Positions 8,163 to 17,540 of a stretch of 25,469 nucleotides of DNA are shown here, piece after piece (the stretch's first letter is position 1; every line of letters begins with the position of its first letter). The notes beneath the pieces are model-generated. The model saw only the letters and a list, made by a program, of their open reading frames with translations, was not told where the DNA came from and did not search any database. Position numbers and translations under genes: made by a program. Source of the DNA: Candidatus Thorarchaeota archaeon (lineage in GTDB: Archaea; Asgardarchaeota; Thorarchaeia; Thorarchaeales; Thorarchaeaceae); NCBI GenBank assembly GCA_046758445.1, contig JBHIAE010000041.1, forward strand, positions 1 through 25,469, in the 5' to 3' direction.

Positions 8163-9722
8163 ATGAAGCCACTAGGCACCGTCACGATGCACTATGACTT
8201 CGTAGATGGCCAGGAGAGAGAAGTCCTCATATCCATTATGAGTGAGGCTACAAACTACCAAGACTTTGTAGTTCGTTTGGGAAAGCACATTCAATTCAAA
8301 GATGCCACGCCAGTCCTCGCTCATATCGCGGCGTGGCACGCGTGGGAACTTCGTGAGTCAGAAGTGACCGAATCAATAGCAAAGGAGTTCGGAGACCATC
8401 CAATTGTGAGACCATGGACCTATCCCCTTCGAAGCAGAGGGGACAGGCTCTCAATTCAGGACGAGGTTGCGAGTGCTGTTGAGAGTGCGCTGGCGACAAA
8501 CCCTGCGAAATGGCTTAGAATGGAGCTCCTGATTCTGAAAGCGTATATTCTCATACTCACCCCACAAGGGAGTTCAGCTCTGGATGAAGCAAAGGCCTTG
8601 CTCGAAGAGAATCCTGAGCTTCGTTGCTATTTCCCTCATGTGTGTCATATAGATGCGAGGATAAAGTGGCAAGAAGCAGACCTCAATAATGCGCTAAGAA
8701 CATGCGACCAGGGCATTGACGCCGCGAGGGAACTAGACAATGTATATGAAACTGCACGGCTCGTTGCTTGGCGAGGAATTCTTACCTCTAGTTTCCAGCC
8801 CAGGGAGGCATTAGCATATCACGAAGAGGCCTACAATCTCGCAACCTCACTTGGCGATCAGTTTCTGATGGCTGCAGTCTTGATAGAAATGGGCTATGTG
8901 TCAGTAATCTTGGGCGAATTCGACCTGGCCCTGAAATACCTCCAGAAAGGCACGAGCGTATATACTCCTCAAGAGGGTCCGACTGACCAGCACGCAGTTG
9001 CTTTGTCTCTAATAGAATTTGATCTTGGTCACTTTGATGAGGCTCTCACTTGGGCCAACTGGGCTCTTGAAAAGCATCGTGATGTAGGATCCGAAGGGGA
9101 CGTGTGGACAGTATGCGCCATGACTCTAGCGCTTACTGCTTTAGGAAGGCTCGAAGAGGCCAGCTTGCGCCTTGACACCGCTCGCAAACTTGCTTTTGAG
9201 AGTGGGCAAGAACCTGATATGGCCTTCTACTACTATGCATCTGGTAACTACGAAGTAGGCTTGGGTAACCTGGAAACTGGGCTCCAGCTTGTGGAAGACG
9301 CTCTTGTCATATTCGAACGTCAGGGTGACCGAGCCTTTGTAAACCGATGTCTTCACACTCTTGCGCAACTTGAGTTGAAACTACTGAGGGAACGAAATGG
9401 CAAACCAATCGCACCACCATCCAGGTCGTGGATGAGGAGGCTTGAACTTCACGGTCGCGACAACAAGCTACCTGGATTCATCCTTCAACACGCTCTACTT
9501 CAAGCAGACTACTGGCTCATGGAGAAGGATCCGGAGGCGGCGAGGGAAACTCTTGTTCGTGCCCTTGACCACGGACACTCGCCAGGTGTCAAGTCGCTCA
9601 AAGATAAGATTGAAGAGAAGATTAAGCAGATTGACATGGAGAACGGAGAGGCAAGGTCGAATACGGTAACCAAGTTCGAAGATGTGGACAAGAAGAAAGG
9701 ACAACGAAGGCAAGGATTATGA
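8163..9722 (+). CDS. Tetratricopeptide-repeat (alpha-solenoid) protein
   Basis: Repeated helices such as 'MGYVSVILGEFDLALKYLQKG' and 'DLGHFDEALTWANWAL'. Start moved to ATG 8163 (MKPLGT) behind GTGGAG; the ORF track start is 8118. Confidence 0.75.
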   Translation: MKPLGTVTMHYDFVDGQEREVLISIMSEATNYQDFVVRLGKHIQFKDATPVLAHIAAWHAWELRESEVTESIAKEFGDHPIVRPWTYPLRSRGDRLSIQDEVASAVESALATNPAKWLRMELLILKAYILILTPQGSSALDEAKALLEENPELRCYFPHVCHIDARIKWQEADLNNALRTCDQGIDAARELDNVYETARLVAWRGILTSSFQPREALAYHEEAYNLATSLGDQFLMAAVLIEMGYVSVILGEFDLALKYLQKGTSVYTPQEGPTDQHAVALSLIEFDLGHFDEALTWANWALEKHRDVGSEGDVWTVCAMTLALTALGRLEEASLRLDTARKLAFESGQEPDMAFYYYASGNYEVGLGNLETGLQLVEDALVIFERQGDRAFVNRCLHTLAQLELKLLRERNGKPIAPPSRSWMRRLELHGRDNKLPGFILQHALLQADYWLMEKDPEAARETLVRALDHGHSPGVKSLKDKIEEKIKQIDMENGEARSNTVTKFEDVDKKKGQRRQGL

Positions 9723-9794
9723 GAGGAAGGTAGCAGAACACCTCCGTGATATCTCCAGCCTAGCGACAGAGACACCAATAGGAAAACGCCCATC

Positions 9795-10709
9795 ATGGAC
9801 GACCTGGACAAGCGCATCATCCTAGAATTAGATGCAAACTGCAGAGCATCGTACCAGTCATTGGCCCTCAAACTTGGCATGACTGCAAACGCCATCAAGA
9901 AGCGCGTCAACAGACTATTGGAAACGGGTCTAATCGAGAGGTTTGTTGTAGGACTCTCTCTAGAAATGAATGGCACGGACATGGTCATTGCGTTAGTTCG
10001 AACGGACGGATCGGAGTTCTCTAGGGAGTTCATCGATCAGATTGGTCATAGGCCTGAAGTGATGCAGGTAAGTCCTGTAGCTTGTGGTGTTGGAAGTCTA
10101 TACTTCGTCTTTGCAGAAGCTGTTGTTCCACGAGGACTCTCGGATCTCGGGAGATTCCTTCGAGGCCTAGAGTCCGTCAGCGATGTGGAGATTCATGTTC
10201 TGCTTTATCCGAGAGGGAAGAAAGTCGAGTTGACAAAGACCCACAAGAAGGTCTTGAGGGGTCTCTTGTACGATCCACGCATGACTGTCACCGAGATGAC
10301 GAAGAGAATAGGCCTGTCAGCAAGGAGAATCAGAAGGGCACTACAAGAGCTGCAGGATGGCGGTGGCGTGAATCTTGCCGTATGGTGGTACTTGGGTGCA
10401 GCTAGTCTAACTGAGGTCATTATTAGAATTGAATGGGATGATTCAAAGGTCACAGCTCATTCCGTTGTTGATTGGTTGAGAGAAGAGTATCCTCTCGAGT
10501 TTTGGTCGCCATTTGTCTCAGCTACCACGGCGACAGTCTTTGCGAGATTCGTGGTTGAAGACCTCGAGAAAGCCGAGATGATACTACGGAACATCAGGAA
10601 GGGCCCGTTCGTGGTATCCGTTGCTTCATTGGTCTTCTACTCTAGCCATGTCTATCCTTGGCCAGGTACTACCGCGTTGGAGAAACTTCTCGATGAAGCA
10701 GGTCTATAG
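9795..10709 (+). CDS. Double-module Lrp/AsnC-family regulator
   Basis: 'MDDLDKRIILELDANCRASYQSLA..LGMTANAIKKRV' and a second HTH 'YDPRMTVTEMTKRIGLSARRIRR'. Confidence 0.85.
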   Translation: MDDLDKRIILELDANCRASYQSLALKLGMTANAIKKRVNRLLETGLIERFVVGLSLEMNGTDMVIALVRTDGSEFSREFIDQIGHRPEVMQVSPVACGVGSLYFVFAEAVVPRGLSDLGRFLRGLESVSDVEIHVLLYPRGKKVELTKTHKKVLRGLLYDPRMTVTEMTKRIGLSARRIRRALQELQDGGGVNLAVWWYLGAASLTEVIIRIEWDDSKVTAHSVVDWLREEYPLEFWSPFVSATTATVFARFVVEDLEKAEMILRNIRKGPFVVSVASLVFYSSHVYPWPGTTALEKLLDEAGL

Positions 10710-10773
10710 AGGATTCAGTGAGAATTGACCCTGTTTATCTATAGAAAGCCCTACTCTCCTTTGTTTCGTAGAC

Positions 10774-10789
10774 GTGCACATATGTGCAC
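10774..10789. repeat. Perfect 16-bp palindrome GTGCACATATGTGCAC
   Basis: Read directly from the sequence; lies between two convergent genes. Confidence 0.85.
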
Positions 10790-10841
10790 CAATAATCTCC
10801 GACTGGCGCACCTGAAAACGACACGCCTCATAATGTGCCCT

Positions 10842-11846
10842 CTATCCAAGAAGACTTACTCTCTGTCCCAGACCCTTCTCCTTTGCAATCGAGTATACTA
10901 TGTTTGCTGCAGCGATGTCTTGCACAGACAGGCCAGTGGCATCAAAGAGGGTTATCTCGTCGTCGTCTTCACGTCCAACCTTGTCGCCGTTAAGAATCTC
11001 TCCTATCTCAGCGTGCACATCTTTCTCGTTGATGATACCTAGGGCGAATGCGTGCTGAAGCTCTCCAATATGCCTGCATTGAGCAAGGCTGTCCGCGACA
11101 ATCTTGGAAACCCGTTTCATAATCATTGGGTCAAGCTCTTGTTTGCCTGGTCCGTCCGCGCCTATCGCGTTAATGTGGAGACCTTCGCCAATAGAGTCTG
11201 CATTAATGAGCGCCTTTCTTGATGGAGTGACTGTGACGAGAATATCGGCGTCTGCAACTACATCCGGTGGAGAGTCAACAGTCTGGACATCAGCTCCAAG
11301 TTTCTGCCTCATCTCCTTCGCGTACTGTTTCGCTCTTGCGCTTTCGATGTCCCACACTTTGATTCTCTCTATGTTGAACAACTCGGCCAGAGCAAGTATC
11401 TGCATTCTACCCTGAGTCCCAGCACCCACTACGCCCACCTGAGAGGAATCCTTCCGGGCAAGAACATCTGCTGCCACTGCTCCAGCCGCACCAGTCCTGT
11501 ACGCTGTGATGTAGGTGCCGTCCATTATTGCCAAGGGCATGCTAGTCTTCAGGTCCATCAGCACAATGACGGCCACACCTGGGGGCAAGCCCAGATTCTC
11601 GTTGTCATAGAAGCCCGAGGCAATCTTTGTACCGATGAGTCCAAAGTCTTCGACGTAGCCTGACTTGATGTCTACCTCGCCTCTGTATTGATGTACATCC
11701 AAGTGCTGTACGGGTGGCATCTGTGTACGGCCTCTGGCGAATGCGGAATAGGCGGTTCGAACTGCTTCAATGGCTTTGCTCATAGGTAAGTGCTTCTGGA
11801 CCTCGCTCTGCGAGATTAGAATCACATCATCCAACGTTGACGTCAC
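10842..11846 (-). CDS. Ornithine cyclodeaminase/mu-crystallin family protein (archaeal alanine dehydrogenase or ketimine reductase-like)
   Basis: 'ITAYRTGAAGAVA', Rossmann 'GVVGAGTQG', 'HINAIGADGPGKQELD' and 'FDATGLSVQD'. Confidence 0.9.
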   Translation of the reverse strand: MTSTLDDVILISQSEVQKHLPMSKAIEAVRTAYSAFARGRTQMPPVQHLDVHQYRGEVDIKSGYVEDFGLIGTKIASGFYDNENLGLPPGVAVIVLMDLKTSMPLAIMDGTYITAYRTGAAGAVAADVLARKDSSQVGVVGAGTQGRMQILALAELFNIERIKVWDIESARAKQYAKEMRQKLGADVQTVDSPPDVVADADILVTVTPSRKALINADSIGEGLHINAIGADGPGKQELDPMIMKRVSKIVADSLAQCRHIGELQHAFALGIINEKDVHAEIGEILNGDKVGREDDDEITLFDATGLSVQDIAAANIVYSIAKEKGLGQRVSLLG

Positions 11847-11868
11847 CTCTTGTCAAACTCTCAACTCC

Positions 11869-12999
11869 CTACTTGATCGTCTGAAGCAGCTCGTCCAAAC
11901 GAGAAAGGCCGGCCTTGAGATGTTCTTCTTCATATCCAAAGCCGATCCGAATGTAGTTCTCCATTCCAAAGTGCTCACCAGGGATGATTAGCAGACTCTT
12001 TTCCTTCAACAGGCGGTCTACAAGCTCGAGCGAGCTAATTGGAAGGTTATGCTTTGGGAAACAGATGGACGCAGCCCTTGGAGCTACATAGTCGAAGATT
12101 TCGTTTCTCTCTTCCAGCCACCCTCTCATCACATTCCAATGACCCTTGACGATTCTGCTGGTTCTCTCTAGAATCTTCTCTCGCATCTCAGGCTGAAGCG
12201 CGATTGTTGCAAGCATGTCGCTCAGTTTTGTCGGACATATGGAAGTGTAGTCTGAATAGGACCAGAGGTCTGTCGCGTGAGGCTTCATGGACGTGACGAC
12301 CCAGCCGAGCCTCAAACCGGGCAGGCCATAGGCTTTGGACAGGCTGTTTGTGACCAGCACCTTTTCATAATAGTCAAACATAGTGGGCGTCCTCGGTCCT
12401 TCTAGCTCGGCCCCTTGGTATATCTCGTCAGATAGGATCCAGACACCAGCGTCAGCTGAAATGTCAGCGATTGTCTTGAGATGTTCCGAACCCAAGGTGG
12501 CCCCAGTTGGATTGTTAGGGTTGCAGATGGTTATCGCAGCCGTCTTCCTTGAAACAGCTTCCTTTAGTCCCTCCATATCCGGGACCCATTCATCCCTCTC
12601 CATCTTCAGATAGAAGGGAATCACCGACCCCCCGAGTCCCTTGGTAACTCCGTAGATCTGCATGTAGTTGGGGAGCATCATCACGATTTCTTTAGCCGTG
12701 TCATGTTCATGCAAAAGATTCCAGACAGTGATGAAATTCGCCTCAGCGCCTCCATTGGTGACTACCACGTTCTCTGCGTCTGCACCCTTGTACATGCTTG
12801 CTATGGCTTCTCTCAAGAGAATTGTTCCGTTTGTCTGTGAGTATGCAAGTTTGGTGTCAAGGATCTCTCTTCGCTCGTTCTCGTCTGGAATCAGATAGGA
12901 TACTGTAAGAGGCTCAACGCCACTCTCTGTGAGGTTGATATCTACGACATGTTCCCACTCGGACTGAATCCTCTCCAATTCAAAAGGCTCAAGCTTCAT
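11869..12999 (-). CDS. PLP-dependent class I/II aminotransferase
   Basis: 'CNPNNPTG', 'SDEIY' and PLP-lysine motif 'SLSKAYGLPGLRLGW'. Confidence 0.92.
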   Translation of the reverse strand: MKLEPFELERIQSEWEHVVDINLTESGVEPLTVSYLIPDENERREILDTKLAYSQTNGTILLREAIASMYKGADAENVVVTNGGAEANFITVWNLLHEHDTAKEIVMMLPNYMQIYGVTKGLGGSVIPFYLKMERDEWVPDMEGLKEAVSRKTAAITICNPNNPTGATLGSEHLKTIADISADAGVWILSDEIYQGAELEGPRTPTMFDYYEKVLVTNSLSKAYGLPGLRLGWVVTSMKPHATDLWSYSDYTSICPTKLSDMLATIALQPEMREKILERTSRIVKGHWNVMRGWLEERNEIFDYVAPRAASICFPKHNLPISSLELVDRLLKEKSLLIIPGEHFGMENYIRIGFGYEEEHLKAGLSRLDELLQTIK

Positions 13000-13131
13000 T
13001 TGTCACACCAACATTCCTCAGACACGGAACAATCGGATGTCTAACAGAATAGGGCAGTCCAGTTCCTAGCTAATTAAGACACCGGAATCTCGTCGACCTT
13101 GAGAATAGGAGATCGAACCGCACTCAACGTT

Positions 13132-15030
13132 CTAGTTGGAAGATTGACCTGGGTCATTCTCAAAACTAGTGGGAGGTATACAATCACCGTATCTTCCCTG
13201 AGCTTCAAGAAGCCTCTTCCGTTGGTCCTCCATGAGAGTATACAGCAGATCTGGCGCATCTGCCACACGTTCGCGATACTCTTTCTCGATTCGGTCTAAC
13301 TTCGCTAGAAGCTCCGGTACTCTTGTTGTGAACTGCTCATTGTACTGTTCAAGTGTACACTCCTTATTCAGATGCTCCTGAAACAGCTGAGCAAGGTCGT
13401 CATATCTCGGAATCAAACCGGTCGGAGTCGTGACGACTTCGGCCTCACAGTTGACTCTCAAGTCCATCCACTGAAGCCACACGCGTTTGTCTTCTTTCCC
13501 ATTCAGGTAGTCACCGTTTCTATCCTTCAGGAAGTAGTTTACGCTGAAGATCCGAGGTGTTCTATCAAGTGATTCACCGAAATCGAGATGGTTCTGGATG
13601 TACTTTCCTAGAGGAATTGAGATGAAGTCCATGTTTGAGAAAGCTTGGAACTTTCGGATACCGCTGGGGCCAAGGGTGGCTGCAGTGGACTCCGACTCTA
13701 GGCTCGCCCCCATTGTGATTACACCGTGCGCCCAGTCAAAGGACTCTTGGACGGGAACCCATGTGTCGGGGTCTCTTCCCCCATAGATGAAAGCGCTAAC
13801 GGCAACACCGTTTGGGTCTTCAAGTGTCTTGTCCACATTTGGAAGCCCCTCGAGACCTATCGTGTATCGTGCGTTCTTGTGAGCGTACGGAATCTCTTCA
13901 CCCTTAGCATCCTTCTTTCCTTTGAACCAATCACCCGAAAAGTTCACTCCGCTCGTTGGCGGTTCACGTCCATCGAAGAGCCAGAAGGGAACGCCTTCGT
14001 CATTCACCAAGACATTCGAAAATATGACGGGCTGATGCGAGTGCAGAACCTCCCAGATGATTGGGTCATCCTTCTCACTGACTGACCTGATTATGCCGAA
14101 TATCCCACGTTCTACGTTGACAGCTCGAGCTCTTCCATCCACGTTTCTAATGTAGGCTAAGTCATCCCCCACAATGCTCCCGCCAGGAATCATTGATGTG
14201 CTTGTCTTCCCGCAGCCTGAGGGATAGGCCCCTACTAGGTAGGTCTTTCGTTGGCCAGGACCATGAATGGCCATCAAGAACATATGCTCAGCTAGCCAAC
14301 CTTCTCGATCAGCCTTCCTTATCGCAAGGCGCAGAGCTAGCTTCTTGAGACCAATTGTGTTTCCCGCATACTGTGTGTTATAGCTATAAACGGTGTTCTC
14401 CTTGTAGTCTATGGAAACCCCCCGTCGTTTCCAGTTGGTACTCACAGAGTGCATGAGTTTCCCTGAGGAGTGAAGCATCCATAGTATCTCCGCATCTGGT
14501 GGGAGCCTCCGGAAGTAGTCGTAGCCACGTCGATAGAGAATATCCTCGCTATGAGCTACATAGAAGGAGTCTGTAATCTGAACGCATGGGATTGAGAACT
14601 CGGAGTCACGAGGACCAAGAGAGAAGAACCGGACAACCATCTTCTTGTTTTCCATGCTACCCTTGAGTCGTTGTTTGACTAGCTTGAGTCCTTCGTCGCG
14701 GTCCATCTGAAGTAGCTGATCTCCAAGTGATTCGCCTTTTGGAACGAGGTACATAGTCTTCTCTTTGTCTCGCGCTTGGTCGTGTAGTCCGTCAAAGTGG
14801 ACAGTATGTGTTGGAACTGCTAGTGTTGTTTCTTCCCCTCTTGCAATTGCCGTTCTTCGGATGTATTCCACATCCATCCTGCTGTCATCGCAGATGAAGA
14901 CCTTCATCGGCTCGCAGAGTTCAATTGCGTCTGCTACAAACTCATGTACGCGCTTGTTTGGAATGATGAGTAGCTTCCTTAGATTCGCATCAGTGAGGGT
15001 TGACTCCAGGATGGTCATGCAATGGTTCAA
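13132..15030 (-). CDS. pckG: Phosphoenolpyruvate carboxykinase (GTP)
   Basis: 'YAGNTIGLKK..LR', 'WLAEHM', P-loop 'PSGCGKTS', 'VGDDLA', 'HKNARY' and 'YGGR'. TTG start with GGGGTG SD; alternative ATG at 15018. Confidence 0.93.
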   Translation of the reverse strand: MNHCMTILESTLTDANLRKLLIIPNKRVHEFVADAIELCEPMKVFICDDSRMDVEYIRRTAIARGEETTLAVPTHTVHFDGLHDQARDKEKTMYLVPKGESLGDQLLQMDRDEGLKLVKQRLKGSMENKKMVVRFFSLGPRDSEFSIPCVQITDSFYVAHSEDILYRRGYDYFRRLPPDAEILWMLHSSGKLMHSVSTNWKRRGVSIDYKENTVYSYNTQYAGNTIGLKKLALRLAIRKADREGWLAEHMFLMAIHGPGQRKTYLVGAYPSGCGKTSTSMIPGGSIVGDDLAYIRNVDGRARAVNVERGIFGIIRSVSEKDDPIIWEVLHSHQPVIFSNVLVNDEGVPFWLFDGREPPTSGVNFSGDWFKGKKDAKGEEIPYAHKNARYTIGLEGLPNVDKTLEDPNGVAVSAFIYGGRDPDTWVPVQESFDWAHGVITMGASLESESTAATLGPSGIRKFQAFSNMDFISIPLGKYIQNHLDFGESLDRTPRIFSVNYFLKDRNGDYLNGKEDKRVWLQWMDLRVNCEAEVVTTPTGLIPRYDDLAQLFQEHLNKECTLEQYNEQFTTRVPELLAKLDRIEKEYRERVADAPDLLYTLMEDQRKRLLEAQGRYGDCIPPTSFENDPGQSSN

Positions 15031-15192
15031 GTGAACACCCCAACTTGAAACTTCGATTCAAGGTCGACGTGTGTTCGATGTCTTCTTGGACACCGTTCTA
15101 CGCGGCATGGCCCGAAGTTGATGTTGTTTTAACTCTTTGTGTGGGGTTTGCTTGATAGTCTGCTCTTCAGTGAAACCTAAGGCAACACTCAA

Positions 15193-17463
15193 ATGTCGGA
15201 TATTGGCGGACCCTTCGGAGAAGTCCTTTGGAACGGGCAAAGAGTCTGCACCAAAGAAGGGATGGAGAATGACCCGATGCTGAAAGAATTGGAGTACGAC
15301 GCACCTAAGATTGAGAGAGGCTATGCAAACCAGACTCTTCACATCAATCTGACAGATAACACAATTGAGATCAAGCCCGTTGACGAAAAGATGAAGGAGA
15401 CCTTCACGGGTGGAAAGGGCTTCGATCTTTGGCTTATGTGGAATACACTTCCAATGGATCGCATCGTTAAATGGGACGACGCTGAGAATGTATTATGCAT
15501 TGCAACCGGTCCATTGGGTGGTGTAACGCAGTATCCTGGTGCTGGCAAGTCAATTGTCACAACAATCTCACCGGAAACAGGCATCCCCATAGACAGTAAC
15601 GTGGGCGGGTACTTTGGACCGAATCTGAAGTTCTCTGGTTTTGATGCGCTCGAGATTCAGGGCAAGGCAGAGAATGATGTCTACGTGGTGATTGATGGAG
15701 ATATAGGTAAGATTGAGATTTACGATGCTTCAGACCTTCCTGATAGTGCTTACGAGATAACTCGGGTTTTGACAGAACGTCATAGCGCGAAAGAGGGGAA
15801 GGACATCTCCGTTGTCACAGCCGGTTCCGGTGCTGAGCATGCCTACATGGGCTGCCTGAACTTCTCATGGTGGGATATGCGAAGAGGACTCCCGCGATAC
15901 AAGCAAGCCGGGAGGGGTGGCACTGGAACGGTCTTCAGAAACAAGAAGGTCAAGGCGCTCGTCGCAAAGAAGGAGAAGATTACCCTTGAGATGAATGGAC
16001 CCTATGATATTGATGCCGTTAAGAAAGTGGGCCGGGAGCATTCCGATGAGATTAGAGAACTCGATCCAGTGCAAAACCAGATGAGAGTGACAGGCACAAC
16101 GCATCTTCCCTCCATCATGGATGAGTTCGACCTACTCCCAGTCAGGAACTTCAGAGCGGGTAGCGACCCAGAGGCCAAAAAGCTGTATGGAGAGGTTTGG
16201 GAGAAGACCTACACAAACACTGGCAAGGGATGGGATGGTTGTTGGCGTCCCTGTGCGATAAACTGTTCGCACTGTATCGAAGGGTTCGTGCCCGAAACAG
16301 GAGCCTTCAAGGGCAAGAAGGTCGTTGTGGATGGCCCGGAATATGAAACCGTTGCTGGATGTGGTTCTAACATTGGGGTCTTTGATCCGCACTGGGTTGC
16401 TGAGATCAACTTCTATGCAGACGCGTACGGCATAGATACCATCAGCCTAGGTACTACGATGGGCTTCGTGATGGAACTATTCCAGGAGGGCTACATCGAT
16501 GAGAAGGCAACAGGGGGTCACTCGCTCAATTGGGGTGCCGCTGAGGAGGTCCTTGAGGTTTTACATGAGATGGCAAGGGGTGAGGGCTTCGGAGGAGAGC
16601 ACTTCGGAAAAGGTGTTGCTTACCTGAAGAAACACTTTGGTAGTAACTTTGATGTTCCAGAAGACATCATGCAAGACATCGGGATGGAGCACAAGGGTCT
16701 AGAGTACTCCGAGTACATGACCAAGGAGAGTCTGGCCCAGCAGGGTGGTTATGGGCTCACACTGAAGGGACCACAGCACGATGAGGCCTGGCTGATATTC
16801 CTTGACCAGGTTCACAACTACATGCCAACATTTGAGGACAAAGCGGAGGCGCTGCATTACTTCCCCATGTGGAGGACATGGTTTGGACTGAATGGTCTCT
16901 GCAAACTACCCTGGAACGATGTTGTGCCGGCTGACAACGCGGATACAGACGAACCCGCGAAAGTTCCGGGACACGTTGCATTCTACGCCCGTTTCTTTAG
17001 CGCCATGACTGGCATAGAATGTACGGGCGATGACCTAGTTCGGATGAGCGAGCGAGTGTATAACTTTCAGAGGATATTCAACATCCGCCAGGGTAAGGGG
17101 CTCAGAATAGACGACTCGAATCCGCCATATCGAAGTGTTGGGCCTGTCACCAACTGGGAGTACGAGAGCCGTCAGGAGAGGTATGATACCTACCTTCAAG
17201 AGAAATGTGGTGTTGACTGCTCCAACATGACAACATCTGAGAAGGTGAGGAAGCTGCGGGAATACAGGGAAGAGCAGTACAAATGCCTTACAGATGCAGT
17301 TTACAAGAGAAGAGGTTGGACTCGCAATGGAGTTCCAACATCGGAGAAGATCAAGAACATCGGGATTGACTGGATTCCTGAGCTAGTTGAGATTGTCAGG
17401 AAGCATGAGGAATCAGACCCGCCAGAGGAAACACTGCCAGAGAGCGATGAGGCTTGGGCATAA
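15193..17463 (+). CDS. aor: Aldehyde:ferredoxin oxidoreductase family tungsto/molybdopterin enzyme
   Basis: 'SNVGGYFG..LKFSGFDALEIQGKA', 'QAGRGGTG', Cys cluster 'CWRPCAINC', 'GPEYET', 'DAYGIDTIS', 'GLCK' and 'YKRRGWT.NGVPT'. Confidence 0.9.
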   Translation: MSDIGGPFGEVLWNGQRVCTKEGMENDPMLKELEYDAPKIERGYANQTLHINLTDNTIEIKPVDEKMKETFTGGKGFDLWLMWNTLPMDRIVKWDDAENVLCIATGPLGGVTQYPGAGKSIVTTISPETGIPIDSNVGGYFGPNLKFSGFDALEIQGKAENDVYVVIDGDIGKIEIYDASDLPDSAYEITRVLTERHSAKEGKDISVVTAGSGAEHAYMGCLNFSWWDMRRGLPRYKQAGRGGTGTVFRNKKVKALVAKKEKITLEMNGPYDIDAVKKVGREHSDEIRELDPVQNQMRVTGTTHLPSIMDEFDLLPVRNFRAGSDPEAKKLYGEVWEKTYTNTGKGWDGCWRPCAINCSHCIEGFVPETGAFKGKKVVVDGPEYETVAGCGSNIGVFDPHWVAEINFYADAYGIDTISLGTTMGFVMELFQEGYIDEKATGGHSLNWGAAEEVLEVLHEMARGEGFGGEHFGKGVAYLKKHFGSNFDVPEDIMQDIGMEHKGLEYSEYMTKESLAQQGGYGLTLKGPQHDEAWLIFLDQVHNYMPTFEDKAEALHYFPMWRTWFGLNGLCKLPWNDVVPADNADTDEPAKVPGHVAFYARFFSAMTGIECTGDDLVRMSERVYNFQRIFNIRQGKGLRIDDSNPPYRSVGPVTNWEYESRQERYDTYLQEKCGVDCSNMTTSEKVRKLREYREEQYKCLTDAVYKRRGWTRNGVPTSEKIKNIGIDWIPELVEIVRKHEESDPPEETLPESDEAWA

Positions 17464-17540
17464 CACTCTGACAGGATTCTAATGAGTGAGCTTCGCGTCC
17501 TGCTTGAAAATGCATATTAGAACATCTGAAATGGAGGAAC

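Noticed and set aside
9509-10033. 174-aa minus-strand ORF and the other short overlapping ORFs in the track
   Set aside because: They lie antisense to or out of frame within well-supported genes, are often Ser-rich, and show no motifs.
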